Assembly (NCBI GenBank): GCA_965217865.1
Contig: CBDCJO010000002.1
Location: 3,648,001 to 3,712,000 of the forward strand
Length of the DNA: 64,000 bases
Source: Candidatus Latescibacterota bacterium
GTDB taxonomy: Bacteria > Latescibacterota > UBA2968 > SICM01
Reading direction: 5' to 3'
Shown: in pieces, positions 57,245 through 64,000 of the stretch
Layout of the letters: the number at the start of each line of letters is the position of its first letter
Numbering within the stretch: position 1 is the stretch's first letter
Program-made: the position numbers and the translations under genes
The notes under the pieces: model-generated
What the model was told of the DNA's origin: nothing
Databases searched by the model: none
What the model saw: the letters and a program-made list of their open reading frames with translations, nothing else

Positions 57245-59578
57245 TCACCCGTCACCCCCGAGGAGAACGCCGGACTCGGGCGCTCGGCATTCGTGTCCCA
57301 GCAGCCGCAGGCTGTGCCACAGCGTCGCCTGATTGCCGGTGACGACCGGGCGGCCGAGGGCTAATTCGAGGCGGTCGATCAACCCGATGGTGTCGATCGC
57401 GGTGTCCGGGATCAGCAACGGATGGGTGCGGCTCCCCAGCGCGCGGTTGAAACGTACCGCTTGCTGGTGGATGTCGAGGTTGTGCGACTCGAGCTCGTCC
57501 GCGCAGTCGAGCGACACCATCGCCGCCACTGCAATGCCAGCGTCGTCAAGGAACCGCAGGAACCGGTGCGTGGTGGGCGCGGGATAGGCGCTCAGCACGT
57601 CCACCGTGCCGGCACCGAGGACCGTGACCGCCTCGAGCATCGCGAGCGAGGTGCTCGTCGCGGGCCGCCCCGCAGCTTTCGCCATTGTATCTATTCTGAG
57701 ATAACAAGAGAAAAGCAGATAAAGGTCCAAGCAAGATTCAGGCAGCCTTGTGGATGGTCTGGGATGTTCTTTGCCGATTGATTTCTATGCGGCGCTGCCG
57801 AGCCTCCTCCTTTCGACCTTGTCGGTGGTGAAGAATCTTTTGATGCTGGCCTTTATGCCTCTGAAGAGGCGTGACATACTGTATTGCCCCGTGATAGCGT
57901 TCGGCGTTGTAGCTGTGAATGAAGGAATCAATCAGGCCTTCCAGTTGATGGAATGTGAAGATGTCCTGGAAGCGCAGCCAGTCGTATTTGAATGTCCGGA
58001 AAAAGGCTTCGATCCAGGCGTTGTCCGTGGGTGTTTGATATCGGGCAAACAGCTGCGAGATGCCCAGGTCCTTGAAGAATTGGGCCATCGATTTGGCCTT
58101 CATCTGAGATCCGTGATCTGAGAGGGCTGTCAAGCTTATGGGCCCAGTGTCCAGCAGTCCTTCGTTGGCAAGGGCTTGATCCCAGGCCTGTTTGACCTGC
58201 TCCACGGTCGCGTTGAAGGAGAGCTTCCATCCTACGATTTTCCTGGAATACACGTCGAGAATGGCGGTAAAATACAGGAACAAACCGAAAAATGGGATGT
58301 AGGTCAGGTCCCAGCTCCAGACCTGATTAGGACCTTCAGGTTTGACCTGGGGCTTGCTCTGCTTGACCGGCGTCCTCACCTGTTTCCTGCGTGCCAGACG
58401 TTCTTTCCTGGCCTGTCGGTAGAAGCTGGAGGCCGAGGCCTGCACTACCCCCTTCTCTGAGGCTACCACCGCCAGCTGATGGGGAGGCAGATCGGCATAG
58501 GTCTCATCCCTTAAGAGGGCCGGGATTTGCTCTTTCTCCTCCCTCAGCAATCCGTGTGGGGCCTCATCAGGGGCGGGCCCGGGCTTCCCATCCAAAAGCG
58601 GGTCCGACACCCCATCCAGCTTCTCTTCTCGATCTCGCCGGCTCCAGGCACAATACCGCTGGAGGGGAAGCTGTAGGATCTCGCAAGAACGGGTGAGTTT
58701 CACCCCTTTCTCCTTGGCCCGATGGACCATTAAGAGGATCTCGCGTTTGACCTCAGCTTGCACCCGGTGGCCCTTGATCGGGCCTGTCAGATCCCATTCA
58801 CACTTTTTTTTAGCAGGGAAAGTTCCACAGATTGCTCAATGATCGTTTGCTCCAGGCGTGCCCGCTCTTTGCGCAGCTGCTCCACCTCCTCAGCCGATAC
58901 CATCGGCTTGCGGCTCCGGCGACCCTTGAACTCCTTGAGGGCCCCGGACTTGACCGACTCACGAATACGCTTTAGATCCGAGGAATGAATGCCCCATTTC
59001 CGCAGCACCTGTGCAATGGGAACATCTCCCCGGCTGGCTTCAAGGAAAATCTCATACTTCTGTTCCGGGGACAAGCTCCTGCGCTTCTTGACCGGGTCAC
59101 TGTTTGAGGACAGTTGCTCCATCTTTACTCCTCCTGTGAGGTCAGGGATATCCCAAAATATGTATCCCTTCTCAACCCTACAGGCAACCAGGATCTTGCT
59201 TCGACCTTGCCCCCGTTTTTTCGGGCGATCTCAGACAAAAGATACCATCGCGTCGGCTTGCGCGCGCGACCACTCGAGCCCACCGACGAAGCTCCCGCAG
59301 GTGCACGGCCACGCCACTACGTCGCAGTCAGCCTCGGAAAGCTCCCGCACCGCCGCCGCCAGCTTGTCTTCGCGGCCGGTGTCGTACACGGACTCGATGT
59401 CGTGCCGGCCGTTGGCCTCGGCGTAGGCCTCCACCGTGCTGATCGAGGGGAAACCAAACCGTTGCATCCACCAATCGTAGTGCTGCGTCTCGGGATCTTC
59501 CACCCGGTTGAAGCCCGCGCCGGCCACCTTGGGGATGATCAGCCCCAGACGCTGCGTGTTCGGCCGTGTCTCGGTCAT
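57245..59578 (-). pseudogene. Maleate isomerase/arylmalonate decarboxylase (Asp/Glu racemase superfamily) gene split by IS3
   Basis: N-half WPCTCGSF...QADAM joins AKAAGRPATSTS...LGRPVVTGNQATLW in frame. Confidence 0.88.
57686..59244 (-). mobile_element. IS3-family copy 3 (1559 bp)
   Basis: Same IRs, CCAT duplication; orfA 58787-59122 and orfB 57738-58763 are intact. Confidence 0.95.
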
Positions 59579-59590
59579 GGTGCGCTTTCC

Positions 59591-60109
59591 TCAGTCAGGC
59601 TCGATGAACATGGTTTCGTCGACCGCGCCTGTGAACCAGAGATTACGGCAAACCTCCGAGAACTCCTCGAGCGCCTCGAACGAGGTGCCGGTCGCGAACA
59701 GGGTCGCTGCGATGATGCCGTACGGGCTGATGAGGGTGTTGCCGCGCTCGTAGAAGAATGCGAAGTCGAGCAGCCAGCCGTCCTCGTCGACCACCAGATC
59801 CTGCCCCGATAGGGTGTTACCCCCCGTGAACCCGCCGGTCAGTCGGCCGCTCACCGGCGCGAACAGCAGATCGCCCGGCCCCGGGTAGATGCAGGTCCAC
59901 TCCTGCGGCGGGGTGGGCTTGGGCAGGGGGACCAGGTTATAAATCTCGTTGTTGGCGTACTTCGCGTGATACGCCTGGCTCTCCACCGGCAGCATCTTCG
60001 CTACAGTCTTGCAGGTTTCCGGTGAGCGGTCCCAGCGCATGCGCAGACGCACGCTCGCATCGCGCTTGTGTAGACCGAGCCGAATGAATGGGAGCTTTTC
60101 GTCCGGCAT
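59591..60109 (-). CDS. DUF3830 family protein
   Basis: P.TC..V...LP, HAKYANNEIY, YPGPGD, DFAFFYERGN; upstream of the isomerase-like gene. Confidence 0.8.
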   Translation of the reverse strand: MPDEKLPFIRLGLHKRDASVRLRMRWDRSPETCKTVAKMLPVESQAYHAKYANNEIYNLVPLPKPTPPQEWTCIYPGPGDLLFAPVSGRLTGGFTGGNTLSGQDLVVDEDGWLLDFAFFYERGNTLISPYGIIAATLFATGTSFEALEEFSEVCRNLWFTGAVDETMFIEPD

Positions 60110-60350
60110 CCCTTCGTCCTCTCGTCTACTAAGGTGTTACACAGTCCACATGTCAGGCTCAGAATGAGGCAAAACCTGACCGATTGTCTGTGGCGTTGGC
60201 GCTTCGAGATCCGTGACAAGCTGCGTCAACTTGGTCTCTAGTAACACAGGCTCTATGAAACGGCACTTCCGGTCTTGCTCTTTTTGACAACACGAAAGAC
60301 ATGATAATTCTTCGGACCGACTTTCAAACCATCGTTATTTCATACACTTG

Positions 60351-60820
60351 TCACCATTTTTTATAAGGTAGGAATTTTCCTGACATTGTCACTTTAACCC
60401 GGTCGCCTTTCGGATCCTCTTCCTTAAAACCGTCCGCTAAACCGGGGTAACTCCATCTATTGTAAGCGTAAAATCAATTGCACTCATGATACCGTCACCA
60501 AATTTTTCATGGATAACCGCCTTGATGGGCATGCCGTAAACCTGCATTATTTCATAAAACCGATATATTAGCGGATCCGTTGGTACAACAGGTCCGAGGC
60601 CTTTGCTTGGGCATACTGTCAACGCCTCAGCGATGGTTGAATCCAGCTCCAACTCATCAACAATTTTAGTAGCTTCTTCTGTGGTGGCGCTTGCTTGTTG
60701 ATAAAACAGGGATGCAACCCAAACTTCATCCCGATTGATGCGTTTCCCTAGTTCATCAAAGGACAAACCTTTTGCCTGTTTTGCGTTCAAAAGTTGTTGT
60801 GTTATCTGTGATGATTCCAT
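60351..60820 (-). pseudogene. cynS: Cyanase disrupted by a 29-bp insertion
   Basis: [17 protein letters not shown]...[13 protein letters not shown]; removing 60426-60454 restores [24 protein letters not shown] (146 aa). Confidence 0.93.
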
Positions 60821-60845
60821 CGTAAATCTCCTGTGAAATAAAACA

Positions 60846-60969
60846 ATCTTGCGGCTGAGTTAAGTGGCGAAACGGGCGATTTCAGTTGATGTTCTTCATC
60901 TCTGAAATAACGATCAAGTTGAACAATTTAATAGCAGCGATCAATATCCGTTCCAGCGCCCAGTTATGT
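60846..60969 (-). other. Degenerate integron attC-like site
   Basis: ACATAAC (contains the upstream gene's stop)-TGGGCGCTGGAACGGA ... GCCACTTAACTCAGCC-GCAAGAT; the R' box is not canonical GTT. Confidence 0.55.
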
Positions 60970-61338
60970 CTTATTGATGGCATTTCCAATTCGCCACAAA
61001 ACGCCAGTAGGGTCAAATAAAGTGAAGTCTCGCAACCCCCATTCTCGCTCTTCGGGCTCGCCAAGCCTAATTCCGTATTTTTCAACCACATTGTTAGATT
61101 TAATTCTAGACCACCAGTCATCAGAGTTTTTTACCAGAAAATGCATCACGAAACTATCTGCGTGCTCCTTCACATAATAATTCTGAAGAAGAAAGCTGCT
61201 ACTTTGAGTTCTAAAATAAGCCAAGTCCCCATCAGACCATATAAGATCAAATCCAATATCACTATAGAATTTCTTTGACAACTCAAAATCCTTTGCCGGA
61301 ACAAAAGCCTTTATTTCTACTACATCATAATCCGGCAT
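60964..61338 (-). CDS. VOC/glyoxalase family protein (cassette-like, low GC)
   Basis: IKAFVPAKDFELSKKFY, WGLRDFTLFDPTGVLWRI; GGAGG RBS. Confidence 0.92.
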   Translation of the reverse strand: MPDYDVVEIKAFVPAKDFELSKKFYSDIGFDLIWSDGDLAYFRTQSSSFLLQNYYVKEHADSFVMHFLVKNSDDWWSRIKSNNVVEKYGIRLGEPEEREWGLRDFTLFDPTGVLWRIGNAINKT

Positions 61339-61539
61339 CTCCATCCTCCAGACTGGATTTTTGAACCTGCCGACACGCTCGGGGCGGCGAAGAAACCTCA
61401 AACAACCAAGAACTGAGAACGTCCGACTGCATCTCGCTCGTTGGGCATTATTTGACCGTTTGGGGTCATCTCACCTTCGCCAGAGACGATATAATAAAGC
61501 TTGAAACCAGGGAGCCGGCGGGACCGCCGCTCTTGCGAA

Positions 61540-62385
61540 TCATGTGGCCAGTCCATCGGGGTAGCCGTAGGGTGTGTCGTTGCGGTGGGCGGGAAGCGGC
61601 CAGCTCTGGCCGCCGAGGTTTTGGTACGCCTCGTGCTTGCCGCATAGCCACAGAAACATCTCGGCCGTCTTGCAATCCCCACGGAACTGCTCGACATAAG
61701 CGCCCGCGGGCGTGCTGTAGCTGACGGAGGCGAAGTCGAAGTCCGGCTCGACGATCCAATCGCGCCTGGACGGAGTCTTGCGCCAGTAGAAGTATTTCAG
61801 CATGTTCCGGAGAGTGGCTTCCGTCGACCTTCCGCGACGGTGCCAGATCTGATACGCCGTGAGGAAGATGGATCCCCCCGGCGAAGCCGTCGACACGGTG
61901 CCGCGAATGGCGTTCAGGTGTCCCATGAAACGGGCCTTGTTGCGGATGAGATGAGACCCCGGCAAGACCTCCGTGGGCCCTATTTCCACAGGGGTGTTCT
62001 GAGGATAGAAGAATACCTGCAGGTAGTTGAGTTCCGGGCCCCACTGGTAGTTGCCGTCCACATGCCAGCCGCCGGTCACCGGATGCGGACCCGTCACCCT
62101 GTGGTTGCTCATGAGGATGGGAATGTGAAAATTGGCGCCCATCAGCGAGCGTACAGCTCCGGCCGCAACCCTGTTGAGAATGACACCGTCGATGAACCAC
62201 TCTTCATCGAGGATTCCGGTCGGTTCCTTGAACGCGTCGCTCTCGAGGTATTCCGTCGTCATGCGATTGATTTCGTCAGGTACCACGCCTTCCAGAAGCA
62301 AGTAGCCGTTCTTGCAGAATTCCAGCACCTGCGAGTCGGTGAGGGTCGGTTCGCAGTCGTAGGTCTTGTCGTTGAGTTGTGTCAT
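61540..62385 (-). CDS. PhyH family dioxygenase
   Basis: F.KNGYLLLEGVVP, WHVDG, PTEVLPGSH, IWHR. Confidence 0.88.
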   Translation of the reverse strand: MTQLNDKTYDCEPTLTDSQVLEFCKNGYLLLEGVVPDEINRMTTEYLESDAFKEPTGILDEEWFIDGVILNRVAAGAVRSLMGANFHIPILMSNHRVTGPHPVTGGWHVDGNYQWGPELNYLQVFFYPQNTPVEIGPTEVLPGSHLIRNKARFMGHLNAIRGTVSTASPGGSIFLTAYQIWHRRGRSTEATLRNMLKYFYWRKTPSRRDWIVEPDFDFASVSYSTPAGAYVEQFRGDCKTAEMFLWLCGKHEAYQNLGGQSWPLPAHRNDTPYGYPDGLAT

Positions 62386-62389
62386 CGCT

Positions 62390-62758
62390 CTATTTCCATC
62401 GTTCGAGGATAAAGAGGAACCCCAGGCCGTGGAACTCCTCATCGCTCATGGTCAGCAGCGACTGGTCGGGAAAGGAGATCACCCGCCAGCCCTGATTTAT
62501 CGCGTCGAGCACCGACTTGTACGGCCATTCTTCCGGATCGGAGCTCAACACGACCTCCTTGCCGCCTTCGACCAGCGACATGCCCAGTAGTTCTGTGCTC
62601 ACTGAAGTCGACCGGGCGTGAAGGTAGAGAAGATCCTGACGGGCTCCGTTGACTGCCGCGATGGCGGCGATGCCACCGCGCAAACCTTGCTCGGTCAGCT
62701 CACCTTTCTTCAAGTCCATCACGAGTGCTTCGATCCGTTCGGTTTGCTCGCTGCGCAT
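62390..62758 (-). CDS. Hypothetical protein co-transcribed with PhyH
   Basis: AAGGAG RBS; 4-nt gap to the PhyH start; RQDLLYL...WPY.SVLDAI..GWRVI.FP. Confidence 0.75.
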   Translation of the reverse strand: MRSEQTERIEALVMDLKKGELTEQGLRGGIAAIAAVNGARQDLLYLHARSTSVSTELLGMSLVEGGKEVVLSSDPEEWPYKSVLDAINQGWRVISFPDQSLLTMSDEEFHGLGFLFILERWK

Positions 62759-62978
62759 GTCTATCGTCGCTCCTTTCAGAAGTGCAGGAAGGAGATGGCT
62801 CTGGGAAAAACCGATGTTGTCGGGAAGCGTGTCAAGCCATCACGGTAAACCCCAGTGTGCATCCCTAGTGCATCGTGGCGGAAACCATCCCCACATTCAA
62901 AGCAAGCTCTTATACTTTGTATTTCCCTGGAGTTTTAAGCATAGTTCAGACGCCCTCAAGAACCCCTCCAAAGCACCT

Positions 62979-63078
62979 AAACTGTATTCATGATTCAATT
63001 CCTTTGAAATGTCAAATACCAAACGCACCCACGTATGCCGTAAGGTTTCATAAAAAAAGGACATAACCATAAAATGGT
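62979..63078. repeat. ~100-bp imperfect direct repeat, copy B
   Basis: Matches 55869-55968. Confidence 0.85.
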
Positions 63079-63128
63079 TGCCCCTATGCAATCAAACAGC
63101 CAAGAGAATCCCAACCTGGAACTTTCTT

Positions 63129-63320
63129 TTATCGCCACATATTTCGATCCAGACTTCTGTACTGGACCGCTTCGGCCACGTGTTGCGCTTGTATGTCCGC
63201 CTCACCCTCGATATCCGCAATCGTCCGGTTGACCTTCAGGATCCTGTCGTAGGCCCTGGCCGACAGACCGAGTTTGATGATCGCCATGCGCAGGAGCTCG
63301 TGCCCCTTACCGTCGATCCG
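63129..63320 (-). pseudogene. comM: 3' fragment of comM/YifB (Mg-chelatase-like ATPase)
   Basis: Manual translation: RIDGKGHELLRMAIIKLGLSARAYDRILKVNRTIADIEGEADIQAQHVAEAVQYRSLDRNMWR*. Confidence 0.88.
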
Positions 63321-63390
63321 CCACCACCGATCATATGGAGGTGATTACCCATCTTTAGATCCAGTAATTTATAGTGCCTTGAAAAATCTC

Positions 63391-63406
63391 TGGTACGCAA
63401 GTTGCA
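63391..63406 (+). promoter_or_regulatory. Orphan sigma54-like promoter
   Basis: TGGTACGCAAGTTGCA is one mismatch from TGGCACG-N4-TTGC. Confidence 0.45.
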
Positions 63407-63502
63407 GTCACTCGACTCAGGTCTGTATACCGAAATTTACAACTTGGAGAGCGCAAAGTCATTAAATTTGTCGAACCGTCAGTCATAATCACCTCGCTTC
63501 AC

Positions 63503-64000
63503 TCATACGTCGGCAAACGGAAACGTGCCATTGTAGCCGAGCGCATCCAGAGCCGACTGCGGCGAGCTGACGAAGCGGATTCCGGGAAACATCGGAGTCT
63601 GCTGGTAGTGGAGAACGACGTTGCTGCGAATCGGGGCGCCGGGATCCTTTTTCAGTTTGGCACCCTGATGTGGGATATGGCTGAAGAAGACGACGGCATC
63701 CCCAGTCATCGGGTACAGATGCGCATGCTCCTGCTCGTCGCACCAACGGTGGAAAGGATTGCTGAAGTCGTAGCCTCTGTGCTTGCGAATCTCGGCCGGC
63801 ACCTCCTTGTGACAGTACCCGCTGACGAATGTCAGTCGCCCCGTTTCCGGTGTATTGTCGGTTAAATAGAATGTGGTATTCATGCACAGAGGCCTCAGCG
63901 CGTGACGCGCCTCGTCGCAAGAGTCCCAGTAGTATCCGAAATCAGTATGCCATTCCTGGGTGTACGATACGGGATTCATGTGAGCGCGAAAACTCCGGAG
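63503..64000 (-). CDS. PhyH family dioxygenase, 5'-partial
   Basis: WHTD, FYLTD, GDAVVF.SH.PH.G, R; the frame is open to the window edge. Confidence 0.85.
   Translation of the reverse strand, partial: LRSFRAHMNPVSYTQEWHTDFGYYWDSCDEARHALRPLCMNTTFYLTDNTPETGRLTFVSGYCHKEVPAEIRKHRGYDFSNPFHRWCDEQEHAHLYPMTGDAVVFFSHIPHQGAKLKKDPGAPIRSNVVLHYQQTPMFPGIRFVSSPQSALDALGYNGTFPFADV

Noticed and set aside
60236-60342. Second attC downstream of cynS (AAATAAC ... GTTACTA)
   Set aside because: R and L box complementarity is too weak to call without a covariance model.
63055-63085. dif/Xer site within the 100-bp repeat
   Set aside because: Only a partial TTATGT match, not preserved in copy A.

Overview
Bacterial chromosomal window of about 50 genes with no rRNA, tRNA or CRISPR array detected. 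The PhyH-, DHDPS- and FGE-rich gene content suggests an environmental diderm heterotroph, but taxonomy cannot be determined from this window. Core blocks: a PAS sensor kinase/NarL pair; glnK-amtB with two tandem TorF-like porin genes; a beta-oxidation trio; and a long minus-strand run of catabolic enzymes. The region is heavily mobile and eroded. Three near-identical IS3-family copies each split a gene (a sigma70-CBM48 fusion, a CpdA-like phosphodiesterase, a maleate-isomerase-like gene). There is also a simple IS1595 and a second IS1595-family cargo transposon (22489-26882) with a nested IS5/IS1182-like element. The cargo is a DNA methyltransferase-HNH fusion split by one amber codon, a Pro-rich peptide and a 3-TM gene. 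Smaller relics include an IS200/IS605-type mini element, a degenerate attC, an IS-end scar in cyanase, a comM 3' stub and several frameshifted or fragmentary genes. Most promising leads: the MTase-HNH cargo transposon with promoters built into both TIRs; the sigma factor with a C-terminal glycogen-binding domain; a six-unit 11-bp-phased operator conserved upstream of both porin paralogs; and a structured ~200-nt leader that pairs with its own Shine-Dalgarno. All annotations come from motif recognition by eye; no database searches or folding programs were run.
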